Below the pieces are notes generated by a model. The model was given only the letters and a program-made list of their open reading frames with translations. It ran no database searches and was not told the DNA's origin. From contig NC_043015.1 in assembly GCF_006345805.1 (NCBI RefSeq), positions 34,162,001-34,226,000 on the forward strand: 64,000 nucleotides of DNA, read 5' to 3'. Position 1 is the stretch's first letter. Each line of letters starts with the position of its first letter. This DNA is from Octopus sinensis. Its lineage: Eukaryota. Below, in pieces: positions 14,507 through 28,051 of this stretch. A program made the translations under genes and the position numbers.

Positions 14507-14551
14507 TGTCCGGAAATCTTTCGTCACACATCTGCGACCTCTTCAGTGACA
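14507..14551 (-). ncRNA. Hammerhead-ribozyme-like motif (type I, decayed stem I/III junction)
   Basis: Minus strand: UGUCA-CUGAAGA-G-GUCGCA(GAUG)UGUGAC-GAAA-GAUUUC-CGGACA; both core boxes intact, 6-bp stem II. Confidence 0.5.
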
Positions 14552-14663
14552 CTTTCCGTCCTGGTTTGTGCTCCTGCTCCTCTTAGTCCACAGAATGAAC
14601 TAAGCAGAACAGGAGCACGCACGAAGACGGATAATGTCGCTGAAGGGGTCACAGATGTCTGAC
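14523..14663. repeat. 65-bp ungapped inverted repeat (fold-back) with 11-nt loop
   Basis: 14523-14587 versus reverse complement of 14599-14663: 52/65 identical, no gaps (counted by hand). Confidence 0.92.
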
Positions 14664-14701
14664 AAAAAAAAAAAAAAATGACGATGCCGAAATACAAGTA
14701 T

Positions 14702-14774
<73 letters not shown>

Positions 14775-14845
14775 GAGTGAATGGACAAACGAAAGAAAAG
14801 GGCACTCAACACATTTAGTAGGAGTTACAGGTATTATTTAAAAGA

Positions 14846-14997
14846 CTTTGATTCGGTTCCATGCTACTTCAAGTTTCACAGGCGCCTAACGGAAGCCCGA
14901 CGCCCTCAGGCTCTCCATTAATCATTTAAAAAGCCTAAAGGAGTCGGGCTCCCAAGAGGGGTCTGTGATACTTGAAGTAGCACGGAACCAAATCAAA
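14846..14997. repeat. ~150-nt rod-like fold-back with nested stems
   Basis: Outer arms 14846-14880 / 14963-14997 match 32/35; inner stems ggaagcccgac/gtcgggctccc and aggct/agcct. Confidence 0.92.
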
Positions 14998-15017
14998 CTG
15001 TTTTAAACAATAATAAC

Positions 15018-15098
<81 letters not shown>

Positions 15099-15099
15099 T

Positions 15100-15935
15100 C
15101 TGAAGACACGCAAAATTCAAAGAACGACCGACCAATTACATGTCCTCGACACCACCTATAAGATCCTCACATCCATACTAACTGAAAGAATATACGCTTA
15201 CCTGGAACAGAACTCTATCCTTCCACAAGCTTAAAAAAGTTGTAAAAGGGATTCTTATGGCTGCAAAGATAAATTACTCATAAATAAAATGATTGTAGAG
15301 AATTTCCGGAGTAACAAGAAGAACCTGAGTATGGCATGGATAGACTACAGGGAAGCGTTTGATAGTGTGCTACATAATTGGCTACTCAAGGCCCTTGAGA
15401 TATAGAAGATCTCTCCTGAAGTCTCCAAATTCTTACAAGGTAGCTTCGCCAAAAGGAATACCCGTCTCCTTCTAAAACCATAGTAAGGAGGTGAGCCAAT
15501 CTAACAACACCAGCATCAAGCGAGGCAACTTTCAAGGTGACTCCCTCTCCCCCATTACTCTTTTGCATGGCACTGATCCCTCTCTCAAAGGAACTGAGTA
15601 ACACCAGGTATGGGTTCAAAATGTATAATATTATAGTAAATCATCGGTTTTATATGGACGATCTGAAGCTGTTTGCTAGTAATGAGGAAGAGCTAATAGG
15701 GCTTTTAACAACTGTTAAAGAATTCAGCAATGTCATCGGAATAGATTTTGGCTTTGATAAGTGTGCTAAGAGGAAAGCTCAAGCAAACAGCTTCCATTAA
15801 ATTAGGTACTGACACTAACATCAAGAAGCTTGACATACAAGAAAGCTATAAATACCTGGGGATAAACGATGGAGACGGTATGTAACGTGCTACTATGAAG
15901 GGAAAATACGACAGGAATATTACAGAAGAATATTC
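15100..15935 (+). pseudogene. R4/Dong-like non-LTR retrotransposon reverse transcriptase fragment
   Basis: Broken frames give RPITC..TTYKILTSILTERIY, SYGCKDKLLINKMI, MAWIDYREAFDSV, FQGDSLSPLLFCMAL, FYMDDLKLFA, YKYLG; starts directly after (AAT)n. Confidence 0.9.
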
Positions 15936-16094
15936 ATGACACCACATTATTTGCAGAAACACATAAATATATGAACTTATGAACATAAACCTCCATGGAT
16001 CATATTTGGCATCAAAAATCTGTAAAATCCCATAATTAATGATGCAGGTGTATGTGTGTGTGTGTGTGCATATATATATAGTTAATCCAAACAT

Positions 16095-16343
16095 GAAAAT
16101 ACAACAACGCGAGAACATGGAACAAATATAGTATTATTGGACGCTCAGGAAGGAAGGGAAGAAGGAGGGTTTTACGTTTCGAGCGGAGCTCTTCGTCAGA
16201 GACATAGGAAAAGGAAAGATTCAGAGAAGGGTAGACGGAGGAAAAAAAATCGCCAACGGTACACACGAGGTCACATTATATATATATATAGTAAGAACAG
16301 GAGGAGGAGAATTTCGATTATCCCCACGTGGTGAGTTGTAACG

Positions 16344-16377
<34 letters not shown>

Positions 16378-16520
16378 CGGGAAGCTTTATGAAAATAGAC
16401 AAAAGACGAAGGCAGGTTTACGGAAATAAACAAAAGACGAAGGCAGGTGGAATACAAACAAACAATTGTATTAGTATGGCGCTCAGGAAATATAAATAAA
16501 ACAAGAACGAAAATGCACAC
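16095..16520 (-). mobile_element. Penelope-type pseudo-LTR-like short repeat(s) carrying a hammerhead-like motif
   Basis: Shares cgctcaggaa, caaaagacgaag..ggtg and ttttac.tttcgagc..gctcttcg.cag blocks with 37405-37515 and (inverted, in part) 10095-10125; contains a tandem caaaagacgaaggcaggt duplication. PLE assignment is inference. Confidence 0.5.
16169..16203 (-). ncRNA. Minimal type-I hammerhead-ribozyme-like motif
   Basis: GUCU-CUGACGA-A-GAGC(UCC)GCUC-GAAA-CGUA-AAAC; palindromic loopless ACGU stem III; stem I 3/4 paired. Confidence 0.6.
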
Positions 16521-16574
16521 AGTTTACATAGTTTTGATATATTTTAAAATATATTTTATAAGTAAAAGAGTATT

Positions 16575-17121
16575 GTGTCAGTCGCAGTCTCGAAAGGATC
16601 TTTCATGGCTCGATCACTTCGCATGGGGGTTTTGTGTCGTCTACCAGTTGCCTTTTTCGGTTCAAAACCTTTACTTTCTTCATAGAGCTTAAGGACACAC
16701 GAAACTACACTCTTAGATCTCCTTATGTCTTGTGAAATAGCTGAGAGAGTCATTCCTGAAACTTTCATCCTGACAATTTCTTTTCGGAGATCGGGAGTAA
16801 CTTTAGCGTGGTGTGCCATGCTCGGAAGCTAGCACAATACTGAGACGGTAGTGCCAGTGAGCCTGCAAATGTAAACAACGTTTGAAATTTCCAGAGATTT
16901 CTGAAGGAATCTAATCTTTCTCTTATTTTGTACTTGAGACATTTGGACAAAACAAGTATTAGTGTTATTAACTTTTATTAAGACCGTTGTACAAACTTAG
17001 ATTTTCAGAGAATTTAGCGAATGGTTAACCGTGTTCACAAAACCAGTTACGAATTTGTACGTTCACCAGCTTTCCTGACATTTAAAATATATTAATCGTT
17101 CTCTTTTATTGCTCACTACTG
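16575..17121 (-). mobile_element. Tc1-family transposon, 5' half (TIR plus paired-like HTH of transposase)
   Basis: ORF 16556-16819 MAHHAKVTPDLRKEIVRMKVSGMTLSAISQDIRRSKSVVSCVLKLY..ATGRRHKT..DRAM; terminus TA|CAGTAGTGAGCAATAAAAG at 17121. Confidence 0.85.
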
Positions 17122-17201
17122 TACATACATACTTATGTATATGTATATATGTATGTATATATATATATATATATATCTATATATATATATATATATATAT
17201 A

Positions 17202-17243
<42 letters not shown>

Positions 17244-17389
17244 CACACACACACACGTACATACATATGTATATATGATCAAATAGACTCCAAAGAGACT
17301 TATTATGTGTTGCAAAATCGTGTTGCAACCAGTTTTATCTAAACTTAAATGATGTAAAAGTTTGCTGTCTTTCATATATTTTTCCACTT

Positions 17390-17422
17390 TTCCCGAAGAA
17401 GGACACTGTCCGAAACGTTGGA
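17390..17422 (+). ncRNA. Minimal type-I hammerhead-like motif (U4 to C variant)
   Basis: UUC-CCGAAGA-A-GGAC(ACU)GUCC-GAAA-CGUU-GGA; same architecture as 16169-16203 with a different stem II. Confidence 0.45.
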
Positions 17423-18523
17423 TTTTCCACTCCTCACCATAAATTCACTGTACTAATTACATACATAAATGCATACATACAGACACGCACACACACACAC
17501 ACATGTACATGAAGAGATACAAACGTGCACAGACACATGTATATGCATATATATTTACATGTATAAACACAACCACGCTTGCATCTACACATAAATATGT
17601 GTGCTGGAGTCATCTTTCACAAGCGCATTTCTGTTTATATATACCTGCTTGGTGGTAGTCTTCTATGTTCATATGCCTCAGGTAAGAAAACTCTCTGCGG
17701 TCACTAAAATCCCACCTGGACATCTTGAAAATTGAATGACGCACTGCATGCTGCTTTTCCCAAAAGAATGGGATGGTCACAGCTGGAAAGCCTTTCTAAA
17801 CATATTCTTGCTTAATCAAAGATGATCTTGGACAAACGACAGCTACATACAGTTCGCAGAGAATATATACGTTAGTATTATGCACATGTGCCTGCACAAA
17901 GCGTGTATATCTATATCTACACACACACACACACATACACAAACACACACACACACTATATATAAATGGTGTGTGTGTTTATGTAAGTGTTTGTTTATGT
18001 TTTATTAAGTATGTGAGAGAGAATGCTTATAAGCATATATATGTATCTATCTATACACATACACGCATACATACATACTTACATACATACATACATGCAT
18101 CCATCCATCCATCCATCCACCCATCCATCCATCCATCCATCCATCCATCCATCCATACATGCATACATACATACATACATACATACATTCCTATATCTAT
18201 TAATAACACTTTTCAAAAATACATATCCCTAGATGTAGAAATATAGATTTATACACATTATACGCACACAGAAGCGAACGAAAGAACCATCTTGAAGAGT
18301 CAGTCAATATCGGAAATGTCAGTTTTTCTCTCGATTTCTAAACTCCAATGGTGCACATCTGTCTGTATGTCTTTGCATACACCAGTGTCTCTATGTTTAT
18401 GTATTTGTATGAATGTAAGCGCGTCAATGTGTATACACATACTCTCTTGTGTTTCATTAAACGATGGACATTTGCCAAAACACGGCATAGCAATAACAAC
18501 ACTGAGGGCAATAGACTAATGAA

Positions 18524-18574
<51 letters not shown>

Positions 18575-18636
18575 CATATATATACATACATATATACTCA
18601 CACACATATATACGCACATACACATACACATATATA

Positions 18637-18857
18637 TTCTTTTATTATTTTACTTGTTTCAGTCATTTGACTGCGGCCATGCTGTAGCACCGCCTTTAGT
18701 CGAACAAATCGACCTCAGGACTTATTCTTTGTAAGACTAGTACTTATTCTATCGGTTTCTTTGGCAATTACGGGGCGTAAGCATACTAACATCTGTTGCC
18801 AAGCGATGGTGGTGGGGAAACACAAATACAGACACACAAAGACATATATATAAATAT

Positions 18858-18917
<60 letters not shown>

Positions 18918-19000
18918 GATATACGCATACGACAAGCTTCTTCCATTTTGGTCGGCCTGAGGCGATAGAAGATACTCGTCCAAGATGTCACGCAGTTGAA
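18637..19000 (-). mobile_element. SINE family A, partly deleted
   Basis: tacttgtttcagtcatttgactgcggccatgct..gcaccgcctttagtcgaacaaatcgacc..tagtacttattctatcgg matches the family A tail. Confidence 0.88.
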
Positions 19001-19105
19001 AATAGTCTACCGCTTGAGTATGCGCCTGAGAAAAATTATATTAATGTGTCTTACTGGTTAATATTCCATTTATTTATCTATTGTGCAGCTGCATTTAAAT
19101 TGATA

Positions 19106-19187
19106 TAATGATTGCATTGTTCAATTAAATGGAGTCGCATGAAACGGTCGTACTGCATCACTACTTGATATCCTGTTGCGTATTTTG

Positions 19188-19192
<5 letters not shown>
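19106..19192 (-). repeat. Unclassified dispersed repeat, copy 2
   Basis: Reverse complement aligns with 3848-3927. Confidence 0.7.
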
Positions 19193-19226
<34 letters not shown>

Positions 19227-20251
19227 GCGTCCTGGCCAGGTTGCCAGGTTGCCCGATCTCAAGTGTGCCCCTTAGACATGAGAGTCCACATACGGTGGCC
19301 CATGCTAGTATGTACGGGGCCCATGACGAAAACTTTGGTTTCAAAGAAAATATCTGAAGTCTTAGAGAAAGAATAAGAATTTATAAAAAAACATATTCAA
19401 CAATTAAGCATAGCAGTTGGTCAAAGAATTCCTTAGAGAATTAACAAGAATCAATATGATACAACAGACAGCTGGTCAGTGGTGATAAAGTGTAACTAAA
19501 TTTATGTACGTATTAATGTATATATATATATATTATTTTATTTGTTGGGGAATAAAAATTCCGGCATAACAGGGGTTCAAATTATTCTCAATGAGGAAAT
19601 ATATATTTTCATTTAGAGATAGTAGGCCCCTTCATCCCACCATATAAAAGAATTTTAATTTAAATATTTACTTCTTTATAACTTGGCTGCACGTGTTTCT
19701 TGAGGTACATTTCCCGGTTCCTTAACCACGCCGTGTTTTGCTGGAACCATTCATAAAATATAACCCCAATCATCTGGCCCCTATATACTTTCTCATAGTT
19801 TGATACTATAAACTATATTTTAATTAAAATTTTTTTTAAACTAATAAGTATGTGTAAAATAGGTTCGCCGGACCCTACTGTATAAGCCATAATTTAATTC
19901 AAATAAAAAATTACAAAAATAAAATAAAAAATAAAGATGAGAATAAAAAATACGAATGAAAATAAAAATGTACAAAAACTATGTTCTTACGTAACTTATG
20001 TCTATAAATATGAAATTGATAATATGTAGGGATGAAGAGAAGGCCAGGAAATGTTATGGGGGGTGGGGGTGGCGGCGAAAGAACGAAGTAAGTGTGAAGG
20101 GGCGATAGAAAGAAGGAAAGACTGAAAGAATAGAAAGAATAATAGAGTCGTACAAAATGTATATATATAATATATATATGTAGATATATATATTACATTT
20201 GTACGATATAATATATATATATATATATATATAATATATATATTATATATG

Positions 20252-20301
<50 letters not shown>

Positions 20302-20790
20302 TTACATATAAGAGACCAAAGTGTAAGTACACCGCTATATTTTTTATATATATAATAAATACAAGAAATGTATAAAAAGAGAAGACAGTATAATCGGGTT
20401 TGATCTTAGGTCAGCTCAATTAGGGCTAACGCAGGGTTAAACAGAAGCAATAGTGGTAACGATGTTAGAAATAAAATCAAAAATATATGTAAAAATATTT
20501 TTAATTAGCATAAAATCTTTAGAATTTAATGTTTATGAAACATTAAAATTGTGGACAGTCTGCTCAATTAGTGAGGATATAGTAAATTGCAGTTTCATTT
20601 GTCGAGATTTTGTCAGTAGAAAACATCTCTGGCCATAGCAACTCGAATAACATGATTAAGCAGAGAAACAAAATGGCAGACGAAACATAATTCAAAAATA
20701 ATTTCCAAACAGACGACAGAAACAGTCTTAACGAAGTCTAATATACGGATACATGATATCAGGAAAAGTAACGAGAAAAATCAATATCTT

Positions 20791-20840
<50 letters not shown>

Positions 20841-23115
20841 CAATAACAGCAATAATGACAAAAATAAAAACAACAATATTATCAGAAAAGAGCGGAGTCA
20901 AAGTTAGGTGAGATAATAACTTTTCAGTTGTCAATAGTAACGAGTTCTTGATCGACGAGAAAGAAAACTGATCGTTTCTATAACAAATTCTCCCTTATCG
21001 TGAGTAATATATGTGACGGCGATATAGCGAAACACACGCATAACACAAACTGCATACAGGTATACCTACATACGTGCATACACACATACATACATACATA
21101 CATACATACACACATATAGGGATTGGGAGAGAGAGTGAGAAATAGAGAGAGAGAGGGAGGGAGGGAGCGTGCTGTGCATACATATACATGAATGAATATA
21201 TAAATCAAAATTTCCATGTAAAGATAAAAATATAAAAGCACACACAAACACATTTATGTAAGGACACATTGCCATAAAGGTAGGCAGACATGCACAATGA
21301 TATACATACATATGTAAATACACACACACACACACACACACGCACACACACACATATGTATGTATGTACATACATACATACATACATACATACATACATA
21401 CATACATACACACATACATACATACACACATACATATACATGGGAACGCGTGTGTGTGCGTGCGTGTAGTAAGTGAGAAAGATAAAATTGTATAAGCTGC
21501 AATTAAAGTGCACAATATATTATGTAGAAGCAATTTTTCCGAAAATCGTTTTATAACGAAGTTATTTCTCTTTCGGTTCTCATGAAATATAATTTGATTT
21601 AATGTAAAAAGAAAACAGCAGGAATTTGTTTAGTAAAATGTTTATGAGAAATGTGAAATATGAATACTTAAGAAGCGGTAAATTTAATTGGAATAATACC
21701 AAAATTTTTTTTTAATCCTTTTACTGCCTCCAAGTATTTTCATGGAAGTTCTATTGCAAAATAGTTTGGTTATTGTCACAATGTGAACGTTGGTAACATG
21801 TAACACGTCACATGGGGTGATTGGGAAGAGATGACGTTTCTGCTCTGCGATGTATGTCAGAAACATGAGCGGAAAGGAATGGTTGAATGTGTAAGTGAAG
21901 GATAACAGGAAGAAACGACTTTGGATATTCACTTTGCCTAATTTTCCTTGCTACATTTTCACAGACGATGACATGCAATCAGCTGTATAAAGTTTATTAC
22001 TGGTATCGTTTCATCTTGATGTGTGGACAAGATATTGACATCATTACAATATAAACACGCCAATACAGGGTACGAATGTTAATACTATGCCGTTCACAGA
22101 ATGTCCAAACTTAAAAGAGAAGTCTGAATTTTGTTTGAAGGCACAGTGACATTGTTTTTTTTTTCCAGTCTCATTAGGTTCCCGTTGCAAATCTATAGTC
22201 TTCTCAAGCCTACTTTCATCAGATGACAAAGATTTTATGAGTAGCAAAAAAGATATGAATAAATTTGGTAAGTATAATTTGCTTAATTATAAAACATGTG
22301 GTAAGGCAGATAACACCAATAAACATTTTATAAATGTGTGTGTGTGTGTTGTGTGTGTGTGTGTGTGTACAGTTCTACTAATTACAATTGGAGTCACTTT
22401 TCAAAACGAAGCCTTTTGAAAAGTGACTCCAATTGTAATTGGCAGAACTGTATACATGTTCAATCTCATGCAGACGTCTCGTGTATAGTTCTTCAAATCA
22501 TAGTTACTAAGACGATCACACTGACGAGTTTGCGGATGATTACGTAGATGATTATGTAATAGATTAACAACGGGAACTGGTTTGTGATTAATCTATATTT
22601 TGTATCTTTTCATTTGTCTTGCTCGCTTACGTTCTTACTAAATTTTCTTGAGAACATTCCTTTCTTAGTGGCAAGACAAAAGCGGATCTTCTTCTAGTAT
22701 AATGGATATCCACTTTCAGGTCATCCCTTTTATATGTATGTAATATATAGATATATAGATAGATAAACAGATAGATAGATAGAATTCGAAATTATTCATT
22801 TGTAACAGTTCAGTTATAAAATCATAAAATACAATTAGAAGCATGAATACGTTCTCAAACGCACGCTTCAAACACCCACACACACGAACAGTCACCCCCA
22901 CGCACACACAGCTGACACCACACACGAACAAACACGCATACAAAAATATGAATATGTGTGTGTATGTGTTTGTATATCATGTGCGTGTACGTGTGTGTAT
23001 ATATATATATCCATACATATACATATATATATATTTGTGTGTGTGTATGTATGCACATGTATATATATGTATGTATAAATATAGATATACACAAATATAT
23101 ACATATATATATGTG

Positions 23116-23162
<47 letters not shown>

Positions 23163-24346
23163 ATAGATATGCGTGGGTGTTTGTTTATGTATGATCATAA
23201 TTAGAGACAGGTGGATAATACTTGACTTCATCCTCTTACGATGTGAGCTAAAGATATATGCATAAATTCGTGTGTCTGCATAGTCTGTATATTGTGGCAT
23301 TTAGATAGAATGAGAGACAGAGAGAGTGACAGCTAGCTAGATAGATAGATAGCGGATAGATAGATAGAAAGATGGATAGTAGATAGATAAATAGATAGGT
23401 CGATAGATAGTTGGAATAATTTAATATTATTGATTTGTGTGAGTTCTTCGAAAATACAAGCAGAGGCATAAAACCCGTACTCGAACAAACCCTGTCTTCT
23501 ACACATACACAATACAAATATGCATCAATACATATATATACATATATAAACAAGTCTATCCCTGACTCTCTCCACTCCTTCTTTTAATGATCTAGAAAAC
23601 AAAAACATGATAGAAAACACACAATAAAAGTTTTAAAAAAAAAGCAAACTGTAGCTTATTACTTCCTCTGCAACAAAGCAAAAAATATATTCTTCAAAGA
23701 AATGTATTTTCAATATTTTCTGCGATATCTATTAGAGTAGCGTTGTCTAATGTAAGGGCTGTTTTCACATCGCATCAAATGACTCCAGTCACGACATATC
23801 AGCTGAAAGAACACGCATCGCCTTACACAATATCATGACACTACACATTTTCATTTATTGACGTTGTTTGTTTGTGTGTGTGTGTGTGTGTGAATTTTGG
23901 GTGAGTGGGCATAATTCAGTGTGAAGAATTATTTGTATGTTTGGCAGAAAAATCTCTGTCCTTTGTTTTGCAGGAATGTTCCAGCTTACGAAAGAAAACA
24001 TTTTTATGGATTACAGAGTAAAAAGAACGCCGAGAATCCGTTTGACACTTTAACATCACATTTGCAATTTTTTCAAAACTTTAGCAGAAATGTTTCCTTC
24101 TCAATTAGTAAGTTGGGTCGTCATGAACTAATTCAACCAAACAGCATCACTGATATGATAGGCAAAAATCTATCACAAAAGAAAAGCTGATTTCCAGTTT
24201 GTCTGTTCGTCATAATATATATGTGAATGAGAGAAAGAAGGGGAGTAATCAACAGGGGAAATAATCCTTGTCATAATATATATTTAGAAAGAGAGGAGAA
24301 AAGTTGTTGTTCAGAAAGAAATCCATTGAGATGAGAGAGTGTGTGT

Positions 24347-24415
<69 letters not shown>

Positions 24416-24767
24416 TGTCACCATAGTAACTAACAAGTTTTGATTAAAAACGAGGGTATTTTAAGCGCAAGTCTGTCAACACGACGCAACACAGATTTAA
24501 AAAAAAGACTTTCGCTATATAATAATATAGTTATTTGTTTTGGTTGTGTGTGTGTGTGTGAACATAGAAGCAACACAACACAGACTTTAAAAAAAAGACT
24601 TTCACTATAATGACAGGTTATTGTTGCTGTTGTTGTTGTTATTCAGAGAGAAATTCAGTGAGTGAAAGATAGAATTAAAATTTGTTTCAAGAAAAAAAAA
24701 ACAAAAAACAATTTGTTGTCAATACAGTGAGATAGATAGCTAGCTAGATAGATAGAGATAGATAGAG

Positions 24768-24818
<51 letters not shown>

Positions 24819-25173
24819 AAGAGAGAGAAAATGCACAAATACACACATACACATAGATAGATAAATAGATAGACAGACAGATAAATAGATAGACAGACAG
24901 ATAAATAGAGAAACATTATGTGCGTGTGTGTGTATGTATGTATTCATGTTTGTCTTGAAGTGAGCTTATATATAAAACAAGAATTTTAGTAAATATTCAT
25001 AAATTTTTACAAGGAAACGGTTGACTTCGGACTCGTCAATTTAATGATGGCGAACAAGTCCGGAAAATTATTAACTGATTGAAATCAGTTAAAGTAGTTA
25101 GTCTAATTTCTATAACACCGGAAACACTGCTGATAAGCTGGATTAATCCACTAATTATGACTACATATAATTA

Positions 25174-25570
25174 GGCGCAGGAGTGGCTGTGTGGTAAGTA
25201 GGTTGCTTACCAACCACATGGTTCCGGGTTTAGTCCTACTGCGTGGCACCTTGGGCAAGTGTCTTCTACTATAGCCTCGGACCGACCAATGCCTTGTGAG
25301 TGGATTTGATAGACAGAAACTGAAAGAAGCCCGTCGTATATATGTATATGTATATATATGTGTGTGTGTGTTTGTGTGCCTGTGTTTGTCCCCCAACATC
25401 GCTTGACAACCGATGCTGGTGTGTTTACGTCCCCTGTTCGGCAAAAGAGACCGATAGAATAAGTACTAGGCTCACAAAGAATAAGTCCTGGGGTCGATTT
25501 GCTCGACTAAAGGTGGTGCTCCGGCATGGCCGCAGTCAAATGACTGAAGCAAGTAAATGAGTAAAGAGTA
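25174..25570 (+). mobile_element. SINE family A, full length
   Basis: ggcgcaggagtggctgtgtggtaag head through gcatggccgcagtcaaatgactgaagcaag tail. Confidence 0.93.
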
Positions 25571-26469
25571 AACAGAGAAACATTTTGGATAATTTGGTAA
25601 ATGTGAGTCATATCTTCCTTATCTGTTAATCAATGATGTCAACACATGAAGTGCTATGCAAATTTGACCAATTGACAAACCTTATAAATTAGCTGTCGCT
25701 GTGGACAGATGATGGATATTGTTTTTCTAATGAAGATCAAAGAAACTAATCCGATAAAATCCACTCTTTTACTCAGTGGGGCATAAAATATCTGTGCCCT
25801 GCCAGCATCATTTATTTTTTAAAACGTGGCTAAAGTTGAATATTTCCTGTCACTGAAAAAATCGTAGCTGATATTTCAAATTTCCAAATATGCTGAGTAG
25901 TACACTTTGAATTAATTAGTATGTTATTAATTACACTGTCCTATCCAGTAACTCTTTGCGTTGAATTTCAATTCATGACCGACGAAACGACAATCTGGTA
26001 CCTTCTCCCATCTGCCTTTATACAATTATTATACTATTTGATACTTTCTTGCACTATTTATGAGCATTAGGACACAGACACACACACATGATAAGCCATA
26101 CTTATTCTACACTTGTCAGATGGCTTCTGCAAAAATCCAATTAGAATCATACATACTGTGAGAATATCGTAGTTTTTTTAACAATTAACCCTCGTCTTTA
26201 GAAATGGAAGACTTATCAATGCTACATTTACTCTTCATCTTCACACTTTTATATAGTACGACTAAATGTGATAAAATTGTACTAACAAGAAATCACTTTT
26301 GACAGTCAGACATCATACTACCACCTTCTGCAGCAAAAGCCATGTTCTTCAAACAGTGTTACCAATTCCTTAGTTCACGATTAATATTTCAATATATCCT
26401 GTCCTGCATTAATACGAAGATATTTGGCAAAAGGAAAAGCTATGACAAGATTTTCAGCAACCATACAAA

Positions 26470-26555
26470 GCAATTGGTTTAACGGTGTGCAGTATACTTG
26501 TTGAGTGAGACAAAATGGCAGCCCTGACGTCACATGACGTCACACTACGTCGCAG
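26470..26555. promoter_or_regulatory. Promoter/enhancer-like cluster: CCAAT (minus strand), YY1-like AAAATGGC, two perfect CRE sites
   Basis: attgg 26473-26477; caaaatggcagcc 26511-26523; TGACGTCA at 26525-26532 and 26535-26542. Confidence 0.45.
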
Positions 26556-26814
26556 CTTCTGACCACCGTTGACTGTGTTGTAAACTATTAGCTATAGTAG
26601 AGCTAGTGCACAAAACGAAAAAGCAATATCGATTGATTTTTATAGCCTATTTGTGGTTATATATGATCTGTGTGCTATGGCAGTTATGTAGTAATGTGTA
26701 TATGTATATGTTAATAGTTATTGCAAATATTACCTAAAGTAGAGTTTGGTTGCCGTAATGTTTTATTGGGTATCTTTTCAGTAGATTTTTAGTTTGTTTT
26801 CTGTCTGAATATCC

Positions 26815-27026
26815 ATGTATGTATGTATACACATACATACATACATACATACATACATACATACATACATACATACATACATACATACATACATACATAC
26901 ATACATACATCACATACATACATGCATACATACATACATACATACATACATACACATACATACATACATACATACATACATACATACACATACATACATA
27001 CATACATACACACACATCACACATAC

Positions 27027-27057
<31 letters not shown>

Positions 27058-27290
27058 CATACATACATACATACATACATACCAATACACACATACACAC
27101 ATACATACATACATACATACATACATACATACATACATACATACACACATACATACATACATACATAACATACAACACACACAACATACATACATACATA
27201 CATACATACACACATACATACATACATACATACATACATACATACATACATAATACATATATACATGCATACATACATACATATATTTTT
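26815..27290. repeat. (TACA)n microsatellite array
   Basis: Directly visible. Confidence 0.98.
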
Positions 27291-27613
27291 GTGTATGCAT
27301 ATAAAATACATCATATATATATATATATATAATCTTATATATATATTTAATATATAATATATAATATATATATAATTAACATTATATATATATATGCGTG
27401 TGTGGTGTTTATGCGTATGTATATATTCATGAATATGCATGTATATTTATGTACATATAACTAATATATGCATCTATCTCAGTATGTGGGTGTTTTTAAG
27501 TAAAGCTATGATTGAAAATTCAAATAGTACTTAAGAATTGGTCGTGTTACTAAAAATGTCTGCATTCCTGTTTTTCTTATTGTTGTTGCTGTTGATCTCA
27601 TTGTTTGGCGCTG

Positions 27614-27681
<68 letters not shown>

Positions 27682-27908
27682 TGTTGTTGTTGTTATTATT
27701 ATTATTATTATTGTTATTATTTTATCATTATTGTTGTTGTTGTTATCATAGTCGTTGTTGTTGTTATTGTTTATGATGTTTTGATAATACTATTGTTATA
27801 TCCTATGGTTTATATGTATATATTCCCCCTCACCCACGCGCATGCAAACGTGTACACATACTTGTATTCATATATATATATGCATATATATGTGTGTGTA
27901 TATATACA

Positions 27909-27971
<63 letters not shown>

Positions 27972-27983
27972 TTATCTATCTAA

Positions 27984-28051
<68 letters not shown>

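Noticed and set aside
21805-21897. WGDWEE..C..C peptide resembling a thrombospondin type-1 repeat before a GTAAGT donor; also a GAAACGUC motif on minus
   Set aside because: In-frame stop upstream with no acceptor between; the hammerhead core reads CUGACAU with no stem I or II
25130-25152. CUGAUAA-GCUGGA(UUAA)UCCA hammerhead-like start
   Set aside because: G8 is mutated and the GAAA box is absent
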